Shown here: one piece after another, positions 6,270-14,199 of the stretch
How positions within the stretch are numbered: the first letter of the stretch is position 1
Layout of the letters: the number at the start of each line of letters is the position of its first letter
IMG/VR virus record: IMGVR_UViG_3300000976_000022
Span: 1-44,291 of that record
DNA length: 44,291 nucleotides
Reading direction: 5' to 3' (one strand)
Source of the DNA: a virus
Made by a program: the position numbers and the translations under genes
Notes under the pieces: model-generated
Told to the model about the DNA's origin: nothing
Databases searched by the model: none
Seen by the model: only the letters and a program-made list of their open reading frames with translations

Positions 6270-6419
6270 CTATAACCTATTCTTAATTGATGATAATAGC
6301 AAACGTATTTCTTCACTCTTATCATACTGTAATTTTAGACGCCATATAATAACGCCTAATAAAACAGCTATGATTAAGCATTTAATCAACATACCGGGAT
6401 GCAATTGTACTTCAATCAT
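6270..6419 (-). CDS. Small membrane peptide (49 aa), below the ORF-track cutoff
   Basis: Manual translation gives MIEVQLHPGMLIKCLIIAVLLGVIIWRLKLQYDKSEEIRLLLSSIKNRL. It has an ATGA overlap with the upstream stop at 6416. Confidence 0.45.
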   Translation of the reverse strand: MIEVQLHPGMLIKCLIIAVLLGVIIWRLKLQYDKSEEIRLLLSSIKNRL

Positions 6420-6661
6420 TGTATTTTATTCTTAACACTATCTTCTTCATAAATAGCCTTAATATCATTATTGGTTTTATGGTTCTGATCCATCATTTCC
6501 TTATAGGTTATAATATCCGATCTGTATAAAGCAGTATAAAAACCCCTAAAATATATCTCATATTCAGTAGATGGTTTATTTGTATAGATTGTTAAGATAG
6601 CACTATCTTTATAAAGCGCTTCCATTCTATTCCATTTCTTATTAAACTTAAATGTAACCAT
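6416..6661 (-). CDS. Hypothetical protein (81 aa from the internal ATG)
   Basis: A start at MVTFKFNKKW lies 1 nt after the stop of 6663..6971. The longer track ORF would overlap that gene by 110 nt. Confidence 0.55.
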   Translation of the reverse strand: MVTFKFNKKWNRMEALYKDSAILTIYTNKPSTEYEIYFRGFYTALYRSDIITYKEMMDQNHKTNNDIKAIYEEDSVKNKIQ

Positions 6662-6662
6662 T

Positions 6663-6971
6663 TTAATACGTCCTATGTTCATTGTTTGGATCACCGCCAT
6701 TACGCTTATATAAATAAATTGCTTCACTATGGCAATCATCGCTACATGTATAACCACATCCATGATCTTCATAACTATTATCTGAATATTCTTTTAATTC
6801 CATTTGCCCACAATATGCACATTCGCCAAAATCGTTATATTCATTACGGCAATCTTTAGAACAATAGTTTCCACCGCCATAAGTAATAACTTCATCGGGG
6901 CTTTCATAACCTTCTTCAAGAAAGTTAATATCACAATTTTCACATACTAATGAATTACACATTTTTTTCAC
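6663..6971 (-). CDS. Cys-rich protein with two tandem CxxC-x(20-23)-CxxxC modules (TRASH/FCS-type zinc-binding pattern), 102 aa
   Basis: Module 1 is CENC...(23 aa)...CSKDC. Module 2 is CAYC...(20 aa)...CSDDC. Confidence 0.5.
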   Translation of the reverse strand: MKKMCNSLVCENCDINFLEEGYESPDEVITYGGGNYCSKDCRNEYNDFGECAYCGQMELKEYSDNSYEDHGCGYTCSDDCHSEAIYLYKRNGGDPNNEHRTY

Positions 6972-7016
6972 TTCACAATAAGTTATACGAACAACATATA
7001 TTAATGTATATAGTTG

Positions 7017-7262
7017 TCAAGTACTAATTCGTTTTAAAATTTCCTTTTTCGCACTATCTAATGATTTACATTTAATAGGTTTTAAAACAACTCTAACACC
7101 GCTTTTTTTAGTATGTATTAAAAAAGCAAAATAAATAGGGTCTTTATCATATTTAGCAATATTAGCTAAATGGGTTTCTTTATAATTTATACCCGTATTA
7201 ACACGTTTGTATAAATGCCAACCTTTAACACCTTCAGCTTCACTTTCGCACCAATATAACAT
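7017..7262 (-). CDS. Hypothetical protein (81 aa)
   Basis: ORF on the coding strand. No motif recognised. Confidence 0.6.
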   Translation of the reverse strand: MLYWCESEAEGVKGWHLYKRVNTGINYKETHLANIAKYDKDPIYFAFLIHTKKSGVRVVLKPIKCKSLDSAKKEILKRIST

Positions 7263-7275
7263 TGTAACAACCTCT

Positions 7276-7464
7276 TTAAGATTTAGCTTTACTGATCATA
7301 ACAAGATTATCAGAACGTGGATCAATACCACTTATTAAACCTGATTTTTTACATTTAGCAGGTATAAAAAAATCGTCAATTTTACCAGCCTGTACAACAA
7401 ACTTTTGTATTGATCCATCTGAATAACGTATTCCGATAGTGTCACCTAATCTAGCTTTAAACAT
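7276..7464 (-). CDS. Hypothetical protein (62 aa), first gene of the leftward early operon
   Basis: AAGGAAG RBS lies 8 nt upstream of the ATG, and a promoter sits about 30 nt further upstream. Confidence 0.65.
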   Translation of the reverse strand: MFKARLGDTIGIRYSDGSIQKFVVQAGKIDDFFIPAKCKKSGLISGIDPRSDNLVMISKAKS

Positions 7465-7498
7465 TTATCTAACTTCCTTAATAACGTTTTCTATAACT

Positions 7499-7528
7499 AT
7501 TATATGACATAATAAAACAACGTTGTAA
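7499..7528 (-). promoter_or_regulatory. Leftward early promoter candidate (TTACAA - 18 nt - TATAAT)
   Basis: Read directly on the minus strand. The -10 hexamer is perfect, and the promoter is correctly placed before the first leftward gene. Confidence 0.55.
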
Positions 7529-7570
7529 AGAACTATTTTCATTATTTTATAGATTATTTTTGATCTTTTC

Positions 7571-7850
7571 CCCGGATGGGGTGTACACTCATTCATATAT
7601 ATAGAACATTTTCAATAATGTAATTGACTATTAATTAGTCGATAATTTAAGCAATATTTCAAATATTCTATACATATTCATCACTTTTACTATCATTTCT
7701 AATCGTTTAAATGATATTCATAGCTAAGTCATTGATAACAAACGATTATTTATAGTTTAACCTACTAAATACATTATTATATGATAGTAGTTTACATTAT
7801 GGTACATGTTCTAACTATCCGGGTGAGTGTACCACCATTTCAATAATGTA
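7571..7850 (+). repeat. Two diverged direct copies of a ~35-bp element (7571-7622 and 7819-7850)
   Basis: Copy 1 is cccggatggggtgtacac...cattttcaataatgta. Copy 2 is tccgggtgagtgtaccac-catttcaataatgta. Copy 1 carries an ~18-bp insertion. Confidence 0.75.
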
Positions 7851-7934
7851 TACAGGCGTCAAATAAGAACGTCACGACTAAGCTATTGATTTTAAAGGAT
7901 TAATTATTTTATGACGTTTTTATACGCAAAATAA

Positions 7935-7966
7935 GCTGCATTATTTTTTAATAGCGCTGCATTATT
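7935..7966 (+). repeat. Direct repeat GCTGCATTATT x2, 21 bp apart centre to centre, with a third TGCATTATT at 8109-8117
   Basis: Read directly. The second copy abuts a TTGACG hexamer at 7971-7976. Confidence 0.8.
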
Positions 7967-8062
7967 GATCTTGACGTAACGTGTGGTTAAAATTTAATGC
8001 ATATAAAGATAACGTTATATTTATGTAAGAAAGTCATGTAATTGTTCATGGTAACTTATTTG

Positions 8063-8099
8063 ATGATAGAATTGATGAATATTTGAATGATAGAAATTG
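8063..8099 (+). repeat. Direct repeat ATGATAGAA(A)TTG x2, with related ATGATAGTA at 7781-7789 (+) and 7688-7696 (-)
   Basis: Read directly. Four copies of ATGATAG(A/T)A lie within about 410 bp of non-coding DNA. Confidence 0.75.
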
Positions 8100-8171
8100 C
8101 TAAAAATTTGCATTATTCTGTAATGTTTAGCACGACGATAACAAAAATGCAGGGAAGTTAAAAATTAGTGC

Positions 8172-8200
8172 TTGACAATCATATATCAGTCATTTACTTA
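8172..8200 (+). promoter_or_regulatory. Rightward early promoter candidate (TTGACA - 17 nt - TACTTA)
   Basis: The -35 hexamer is perfect. It has the same architecture and leader (cttgtGGAGt) as the promoters at 12872 and 4011. Confidence 0.5.
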
Positions 8201-8231
8201 GGCTCTAAATTATTCTTGTGGAGTAAAGAAA

Positions 8232-8411
8232 ATGGCATTAATTGAACGTACCGAATATCACGTTATAGAGGGTGAAGATGAATATGGTGAAGCTGTTGCA
8301 TGGTGTAATAGTTTACAAGAAGCCAAAGATAAAATATATACAAAATATGGTGAAGGTCATATAATATGTAAAGTTACATATTTTTGTAAAGAATATGAAG
8401 TTGTGAGTTAA
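8232..8411 (+). CDS. Small protein (59 aa), below the ORF-track cutoff; first rightward gene
   Basis: Manual translation gives MALIERTEYHVIEGEDEYGEAVAWCNSLQEAKDKIYTKYGEGHIICKVTYFCKEYEVVS. A GGAG RBS lies 9 nt upstream. Confidence 0.6.
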   Translation: MALIERTEYHVIEGEDEYGEAVAWCNSLQEAKDKIYTKYGEGHIICKVTYFCKEYEVVS

Positions 8412-8414
8412 AGT

Positions 8415-8612
8415 ATGTCATATGATTTTGATATTTCTGATTTGAATAGAATAACAACCATAATTAAAAATCATCCTACTATGGTAGGTATTGATTATCG
8501 TTTTAAAGATATTCAAATAAGAATAACAGATTGTTCTACCTTTAAAGTTGTTAATTCTTATGGTGAATTTATGACTGAAAAAGAAATGCGTAAAATTGAT
8601 AGTGAGGGTTAA
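8415..8612 (+). CDS. Hypothetical protein (65 aa)
   Basis: ORF packed tightly in the rightward operon. Confidence 0.6.
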   Translation: MSYDFDISDLNRITTIIKNHPTMVGIDYRFKDIQIRITDCSTFKVVNSYGEFMTEKEMRKIDSEG

Positions 8613-8840
8613 ATGGCAGTCAATTGGCCTTATAAAAAACTAAGTATAGAGACTGATAACGGTATGATGTTTATAATAAAATGTCAATTATCTAGTCTTT
8701 TTGTTCAAGATGGTAATAAAAAAGGATTACCTAAAAAATGGACAAATGAATTTAAACAATCTTGCTTATTTAATGAACATAATGCAGATAAACTTATAGG
8801 ACGTTTAGTTAAAGCTTATCCGAAAGCGGTAGATCAATGA
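8613..8840 (+). CDS. Hypothetical protein (75 aa)
   Basis: The start directly abuts the previous stop. Confidence 0.6.
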   Translation: MAVNWPYKKLSIETDNGMMFIIKCQLSSLFVQDGNKKGLPKKWTNEFKQSCLFNEHNADKLIGRLVKAYPKAVDQ

Positions 8841-9076
8841 TAGTTAAACGTATATCATCACGTACATTTAATGCGCGTGTAATGGATGTTGCTAAGCAGG
8901 TTCTTGTAAGAAAGAATGAACAAGACCCTAAAGAAAACAGTATATTAATATATAGTGTTGGATCAGAACCGCATGATTGGGAAATAGCTTTAACCTTTGA
9001 AGAAATAGAGGTATTGCACAATCAAATGCAATTAGCTAAAGCAGCTAAGACTAATCAACCAACTTGGAGTAATTAA
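8837..9076 (+). CDS. Hypothetical protein (79 aa)
   Basis: ATGA overlap with the previous stop. Confidence 0.6.
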   Translation: MIVKRISSRTFNARVMDVAKQVLVRKNEQDPKENSILIYSVGSEPHDWEIALTFEEIEVLHNQMQLAKAAKTNQPTWSN

Positions 9077-9077
9077 A

Positions 9078-9338
9078 ATGACTGAAACACCAGTTATTGA
9101 ATTATATGTTATGATTAATAGTAAAGGTCATTTTGCTATTAAAAACGGGACTATAACACATACAGGGGATAAAACCGATTTAACATTTATTAGTGATATA
9201 AATAAAGCTGATTTATTTACATTTAGAGGTATAAATGAAGCTATGAAATATAAAAATTATAAATCAGTTGTAGGTCATTTAAGAGCTTATGAAAACCGTG
9301 TTGTTGATTTGGCTAAAGATATTAGGAAAAAAGATTAA
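9078..9338 (+). CDS. Hypothetical protein (86 aa)
   Basis: ORF packed tightly in the rightward operon. Confidence 0.6.
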   Translation: MTETPVIELYVMINSKGHFAIKNGTITHTGDKTDLTFISDINKADLFTFRGINEAMKYKNYKSVVGHLRAYENRVVDLAKDIRKKD

Positions 9339-9532
9339 TGAAAACTACAATAAAAAATAAATACATAGATATTGAAACTGGTGATGAATATTATGGTTAC
9401 AATACCATTGATGAAGAAACTAATAGAGTATCGTATAGGTATGAACCCATTAAACCCCGGTCTAAGCTTCAGGGGTTAATGTGGGCATTATGCGCCATGC
9501 TGATAGGTTTTATGCTTGTATATTTAATCTAA
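9338..9532 (+). CDS. Hypothetical protein with a C-terminal TM helix (64 aa)
   Basis: TAATG overlap with the previous stop. The C-terminus LQGLMWALCAMLIGFMLVYLI is hydrophobic. Confidence 0.6.
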   Translation: MKTTIKNKYIDIETGDEYYGYNTIDEETNRVSYRYEPIKPRSKLQGLMWALCAMLIGFMLVYLI

Positions 9533-9575
9533 ATCAAATACATTACATTAAATATTCCATTTAAGGGTGAATATT

Positions 9576-9896
9576 ATGATTAAATCGTTATCAAATATTT
9601 TTATTTTATTAGGTTTTACTAGTATATTTATTGATTTTATATTGTATTGTTTACGTGGTTATGGCTACGATATAGCGGGATGGGGATGGTGTTTGCTTTT
9701 AATATCTTGTTGTTTAACAATAATTTCTAATTCTATAAAACCATTAAAAAAAATTAATTTATTTACTAGTATTTTCATGCTTTCATTTATAATATATTTA
9801 ATGTTTAAATATACTAATAGTCCAGAATACTTAAAGAACGATCCTTATGGCGTTAGTCAATATAATCTTTGTTATAATGAATTAAATATTTGCTAA
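9576..9896 (+). CDS. Multi-pass membrane protein (106 aa from the ATG at 9576)
   Basis: There are three to four hydrophobic segments. An AAGGGTG RBS lies 8 nt before the ATG at 9576, whereas the track start at 9567 is a GTG. Confidence 0.6.
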   Translation: MIKSLSNIFILLGFTSIFIDFILYCLRGYGYDIAGWGWCLLLISCCLTIISNSIKPLKKINLFTSIFMLSFIIYLMFKYTNSPEYLKNDPYGVSQYNLCYNELNIC

Positions 9897-10213
9897 TTAT
9901 TTTTGTTTACATAATTATTATTATGCCCACAATGTATAGAACATTGATCTTCACCCATTTGTTCATAGGTCTTACGCCCGGCTGTAATCATTGCTTGCAT
10001 ATCTGCCATATAGGTTAGATATGCACTATCTATACTATCACGTAATGTTACAAGATCATCACAATTAGGTTTATGAAAAGCTGCTACACGGCGATAATGG
10101 TTTATAAGTGAATGTAGTTTTGCTTCACTAATTTGCATCTTTTCTATAAGCACACCTTGCTTACATTTTAATGACCATAATTCATCACTATCATTAGTAG
10201 GGTTATCAGACAT
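9893..10213 (-). CDS. Hypothetical protein (106 aa), last gene of the primase operon
   Basis: The ORF begins 2 nt after the primase-helicase stop. Its 3' end overlaps the convergent gene by 4 nt. Confidence 0.6.
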   Translation of the reverse strand: MSDNPTNDSDELWSLKCKQGVLIEKMQISEAKLHSLINHYRRVAAFHKPNCDDLVTLRDSIDSAYLTYMADMQAMITAGRKTYEQMGEDQCSIHCGHNNNYVNKNN

Positions 10214-10214
10214 A

Positions 10215-12590
10215 TTATTTACCTATTCCAAATACATAAGGCATTAAAACAACAAAACCTCGCCCATAGTATTTATATTTTTCACGTATATCATGTAATG
10301 GTAATTCTTGTAATGCGCCTTGTTGTACAAAAGCTTTAATAGTATTATCTAAAGCGTTTCTTGATCCCCTGTAATCATCCTTAAAGGCTATTTTTCTTTT
10401 AAGCTTAGTAAGTACATTAAACGGTATAACCTTATCATGATGCATTTCAGAATTGATTTTAGTACCATGAAATATTTCATCATCATTATGTAAATATTGA
10501 TATACAATAGATTTAAAATCTTCTTCTTGTTTTAATTCTCTATTTTGTATTCCAACACGACCTTTATCAAAACGATCTACAATATTTTTTATTTCTGATA
10601 GTATAACTTGTTTAGCCCAATTTACATTAGATAGGGTTACTTCAGGTGCTTTAGGGTTATCGCCAACTGCTAAAATACCAGCTAATTTTAATAGCTTTAA
10701 ATGCGCTCTATTCCATAGCTGCTTACTTGCATCTTCTTTATTTGTATTAACCTTTGCTGTACAATAGCGGCCAAACTCTTTTAAGGCTGCTTCAGCTTGT
10801 GGTTTGGATTTTATATTATAAGCTACATTTTGACTATTCAAATGAGTAGCAGTAGCTACAAACATCATAAGACTATTACGTAAATTATTATCAGGTTGTG
10901 CTTGTCTATTTTCGTTTAAATCTGGTACTTTTCCATTATATTCAATAACTAAAAAACGTGGTATAAAACCCTGTAAAATCATTTCTTCAGTTATATTACT
11001 ATAAAATGTTTCAGGTACACTTTCACCTAATATAGTTAAGGCCGGGCTATTTATAGCTGCTGTATTATTAGCTTTATCTGAATAAACTAAAGGACGTTTA
11101 ACTTCACCAAAACCAGACTTACCATAAAGATCAAGTAATTCAGCTTTTAATTGTATGTCTGAAGTTGATCTACGAATGTTTTCCATCTTAGCAAGACGTA
11201 AGCCAAATTCGCCAACAACAGATACTATAGAAGGTTGTCTTACCATCTGTTTAATAAGTGCCGATCCTGAAGAAAAATCACTTGGCCCTATATAGTCAAT
11301 TATTGTAGGGCAATTAGGCTGTATATTACTTGATAGGCGTGAAATACCACTAGCAATACTTTCTTTACCTGTACCTGTACCAGCCAATAATAAAATATAT
11401 TGATTAAGCCCTGTACCAGAAATATTATAAGCCCGGCCCGCAATACCAGCCATATAACCGATAGCGCCAGTTATGGCTATTTCTTTAATAGGTCGCGGTG
11501 AAGAATGATAGAAATACTTAGCTATTTCCCCGGTTAAACCGCTAGGCCATTGATCTAATTGATTATCTGAAATTTGCGCGGGGTGCGGGTTAGCAGCTAT
11601 AGCTTCAACAGCAATTGATACTTGTGGAGTGGCAACGCCGGGCGCTATAGCCGCTTCCCCCACACCTTGATTTTGCATAGCAGCTAACATATTCAAACGC
11701 AAGGCTTCAATGTCAACAGGGGGTAATTTTCTATCAAATGAGTATTGAACCATCTTGATTAGATAGTTATTACGTTGCGCTTTATCTCTTTTACCTAATT
11801 CACTGTATCTAAAACATCTTAATATTTGTGATATATTATCTGTATAGTAACTGATAATATTTATTAGTGCAAAATCTGCTTCACTTTGGCTTTGATAATA
11901 ATTAATCCAATTACCTTGAATTAGGTCTTTTGCTTTAGCCCCATTTTCGGCATTTACTATAGTATGATATAATTCATCATCTGTTAGTTTTTGTTCTAAA
12001 GAACCTTGAAATGAACCAGCCTCTATTATTTTTGGTTGCATTTCATCATATAGTATTTTTGTTAATTCTGTACGATCATTTATTTCAGTTTTATTACCGT
12101 ACACATTACCCGTCATAGTCATATAACGATTTGATGAATATAACTCTATTGATCCGCGTCTTCTACCGCTATCAAGATTAGGGGCTTTGCAAATGATATG
12201 CAAACCGTGGCCTGAAGGTGATACTTCAGAATAGCTATCAAAACTATCATATATTTTTTGTTGACGGTTTAATATTTCTAATTGATCTTCACGTGATAAG
12301 AAATCTTTTGGTTTATCAAAGTCAATAAATATATAAGGATCGTTAGCAGTAAGAACAAAACCAATGCCTGTATAATGACCTTGTTGATATACTTCCAAAG
12401 CTTCATCAAATGTAACCCAATTATCAGGTAATGTTACTGAAGCTTTTTTAGCTGTTAAAGGGTTATAAGGTATTTTGGTTTTTTTCCATACAGTTTCACC
12501 TTTAACAATTTCTTCAACGTATTCTTCACGCCATGTAATCCATTGGCGAAAGCTTTTCATTTCAATAGGTATATTATTAAAATTACTCAT
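10215..12590 (-). CDS. AEP primase-polymerase fused to a P-loop (SF3-like) helicase (791 aa)
   Basis: AEP motifs are present: YIFIDFDK (DxD), VSPSGHGLHIIC (SxSGxGxH) and IELYSSNRYMTMTG. A Walker A motif, LLLAGTGTGKES, lies in the C-terminal half. Confidence 0.8.
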   Translation of the reverse strand: MSNFNNIPIEMKSFRQWITWREEYVEEIVKGETVWKKTKIPYNPLTAKKASVTLPDNWVTFDEALEVYQQGHYTGIGFVLTANDPYIFIDFDKPKDFLSREDQLEILNRQQKIYDSFDSYSEVSPSGHGLHIICKAPNLDSGRRRGSIELYSSNRYMTMTGNVYGNKTEINDRTELTKILYDEMQPKIIEAGSFQGSLEQKLTDDELYHTIVNAENGAKAKDLIQGNWINYYQSQSEADFALINIISYYTDNISQILRCFRYSELGKRDKAQRNNYLIKMVQYSFDRKLPPVDIEALRLNMLAAMQNQGVGEAAIAPGVATPQVSIAVEAIAANPHPAQISDNQLDQWPSGLTGEIAKYFYHSSPRPIKEIAITGAIGYMAGIAGRAYNISGTGLNQYILLLAGTGTGKESIASGISRLSSNIQPNCPTIIDYIGPSDFSSGSALIKQMVRQPSIVSVVGEFGLRLAKMENIRRSTSDIQLKAELLDLYGKSGFGEVKRPLVYSDKANNTAAINSPALTILGESVPETFYSNITEEMILQGFIPRFLVIEYNGKVPDLNENRQAQPDNNLRNSLMMFVATATHLNSQNVAYNIKSKPQAEAALKEFGRYCTAKVNTNKEDASKQLWNRAHLKLLKLAGILAVGDNPKAPEVTLSNVNWAKQVILSEIKNIVDRFDKGRVGIQNRELKQEEDFKSIVYQYLHNDDEIFHGTKINSEMHHDKVIPFNVLTKLKRKIAFKDDYRGSRNALDNTIKAFVQQGALQELPLHDIREKYKYYGRGFVVLMPYVFGIGK

Positions 12591-12780
12591 CTAACAAAGC
12601 TTTACCTGTTAAATATTCATATAATTTTTGAACACTTGTTACACTAGGGTTTTTAGGTTTTTGATATAAAAAGGCTTCAAGCCAAGGTTCTGTTAATCCC
12701 GTTTTATCAGATATTACTTTTAAGCTTTCAGAACGATCTTTAAGTAATTCTAAAGTGCGTTCTCTTAAAGACACTGACAT
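12583..12780 (-). CDS. Small HTH (Cro/CI/XRE-like) DNA-binding protein (65 aa from the ATG at 12780)
   Basis: LKVISDKTGLTEPWLEAFLYQK has a helix-turn-helix pattern. The stop overlaps the primase start. The longer track ORF begins with a GTG. Confidence 0.55.
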   Translation of the reverse strand: MSVSLRERTLELLKDRSESLKVISDKTGLTEPWLEAFLYQKPKNPSVTSVQKLYEYLTGKALLDE

Positions 12781-12798
12781 AAAGGTTAATCCGGGGAA

Positions 12799-12812
12799 AC
12801 AAATTGATTTGT
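12799..12812. promoter_or_regulatory. Perfect 14-bp palindrome ACAAATTGATTTGT (operator candidate)
   Basis: Read directly, 19 nt upstream of the HTH gene ATG, inside the divergent promoter region. Confidence 0.5.
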
Positions 12813-12871
12813 AGGCATGGGATAACACAAAAATAATTCTTGTCTACTTATAATTTTATGTATTTTTTCAC

Positions 12872-12899
12872 TTGACCATAATTCTTATTATGATACTAA
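12872..12899 (+). promoter_or_regulatory. Rightward promoter candidate (TTGACC - 16 nt - TACTAA)
   Basis: It has the same architecture and cttgtGGAGt leader as the 8172 promoter, with 54 nt from the -35 box to the ATG. Confidence 0.5.
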
Positions 12900-12931
12900 G
12901 ACTACATAACTTAACTTGTGGAGTGAATAAA

Positions 12932-13351
12932 ATGACTGAAGCCCAAATTAAAAACCTTACCCTTGAAACGCTAATTGCAAAGCAACAAGAAGCAAAACAA
13001 AATCTTGACGCTTGGAAAGCATTAGAAAGTCAATACCGTGATGAAATTGCTAGACGTAAAATTGAAGAAGGTAAAACTGTTATTGGTACAAATAATTTTG
13101 ATCTAGGACGCGGCTATAAAGGTAAATTGGTTCGCAAAGAAACAATTACTGTAACTGGTACTAATGATGAAGTAACAGCACTTGAAGAGGCTTTAGGTGA
13201 TAACATTGCTAAAATGTTATTTACATGGTCTGTTAAAATGTCAAAAAGTATATATGATAAATTAGAACCAAAAGAAAAAACTATGGTAAATCGTGTGCTT
13301 ACTATTAAAGAAGCTAAGCCCACATTTAGCGTAACCGCCCCGAAAGCCTAG
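12932..13351 (+). CDS. Hypothetical protein (139 aa from the ATG at 12932), coiled-coil N-terminus
   Basis: A GGAG RBS lies 9 nt upstream of this ATG. The longer track ORF would start inside the promoter. Confidence 0.65.
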   Translation: MTEAQIKNLTLETLIAKQQEAKQNLDAWKALESQYRDEIARRKIEEGKTVIGTNNFDLGRGYKGKLVRKETITVTGTNDEVTALEEALGDNIAKMLFTWSVKMSKSIYDKLEPKEKTMVNRVLTIKEAKPTFSVTAPKA

Positions 13352-13352
13352 A

Positions 13353-13478
13353 ATGTATAAACAGTTCCTATTAAATACTATTTCTTTGGCTGCATTAAAT
13401 GCGGCCTTAGAACCTGCAACTTTTAAAACAGCATATGGTGAATATACAGAAGGTGCGGGTTATCCGTATTACATTTAA
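13353..13478 (+). CDS. Possible small ORF (41 aa)
   Basis: Manual translation gives MYKQFLLNTISLAALNAALEPATFKTAYGEYTEGAGYPYYI. It has a TAATG overlap with the next gene and fills the 13352-13477 gap. Confidence 0.3.
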   Translation: MYKQFLLNTISLAALNAALEPATFKTAYGEYTEGAGYPYYI

Positions 13479-14173
13479 TGGCTATTCAAATTGAAAGTAC
13501 AGCTAATGAAGGTTTAGACGGTGTTAAAATACTTGTTTATGGGCGTACGGGATCGCAAAAAACCCGGCTAATAGCAACTGCACCCCGCCCTATTATACTT
13601 TCAACAGATGGGGGTTTATTATCCTTAAAGGGTTTTAATCTACCAGTTATTAAGATTGAAGATTTAGCTGATTTTGAAGAAGCTTTTAATTATTTGGGTT
13701 CTGCTGAAAATATAAATAATTGGGACACTTTATGTTTAGATGATGCAAGCCAATTATCAAGAAATATAGTTTTAGGTTATTTAAGCGGTAAATCTAATGG
13801 CGGTAAAAAAGTTCATGGTCAACAAGCATACGGTTCTATGCAAATGGATATGGAAAAAATACTTAATAATTTATTAAGTATTAAAGGTAAACATGTTTAT
13901 GTTATAGCTAAACAAGATCGTGTTGAAGATAATTTAGGCATAGCTCAATATACAGCAAAATTTGAAGGTCAAAAACTTAGGGAATACATACCTTTTAAAT
14001 TTGATTTTTTCTTACATGCTTATACCGTACCTGATCCTAACGGGGGTAAATTCCCGTTATCCCAACTACGTACAGTTCAAGATGAACGCTATGATGCAAA
14101 AGATCGTACAGGCAAACTTGATACCGTAGAATTTGGTAATTTGAATAATCTTATTACTAAAGCCCTAACCTAA
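13478..14173 (+). CDS. Sak4-like RecA-fold ATPase (AAA_24-type single-strand annealing/recombination protein), 231 aa
   Basis: Walker A is ILVYGRTGSQKT and Walker B is TLCLDDASQL. Size and position before a DUF669-like gene are typical. Confidence 0.65.
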   Translation: MAIQIESTANEGLDGVKILVYGRTGSQKTRLIATAPRPIILSTDGGLLSLKGFNLPVIKIEDLADFEEAFNYLGSAENINNWDTLCLDDASQLSRNIVLGYLSGKSNGGKKVHGQQAYGSMQMDMEKILNNLLSIKGKHVYVIAKQDRVEDNLGIAQYTAKFEGQKLREYIPFKFDFFLHAYTVPDPNGGKFPLSQLRTVQDERYDAKDRTGKLDTVEFGNLNNLITKALT

Positions 14174-14199
14174 AACAGACTAACAAAAAGGAATTTATT

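Noticed and set aside
7571-8117. CRISPR array or tandem-repeat locus in the control region
   Set aside because: The repeats are short (9-35 bp), few (2-4 copies), irregularly spaced and of several unrelated types. There is no repeat-spacer periodicity.
3953-8231. tRNA or tmRNA genes in the two non-coding islands (3953-4253 and 7465-8231)
   Set aside because: I looked for a GTTCRANYC-type T-loop with a 7-bp acceptor stem and cloverleaf spacing on both strands and found none.
9453-9477. GC hairpin AACCCC(13 nt)GGGGTT as a terminator
   Set aside because: It lies inside the coding sequence of ORF 9338..9532 and has no following T-tract.
12583-12931. Lysogeny module / temperate lifestyle
   Set aside because: Only a small Cro-like HTH protein is present. 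The complete genome has no integrase, recombinase, excisionase or CI-sized repressor, so I do not call it temperate.
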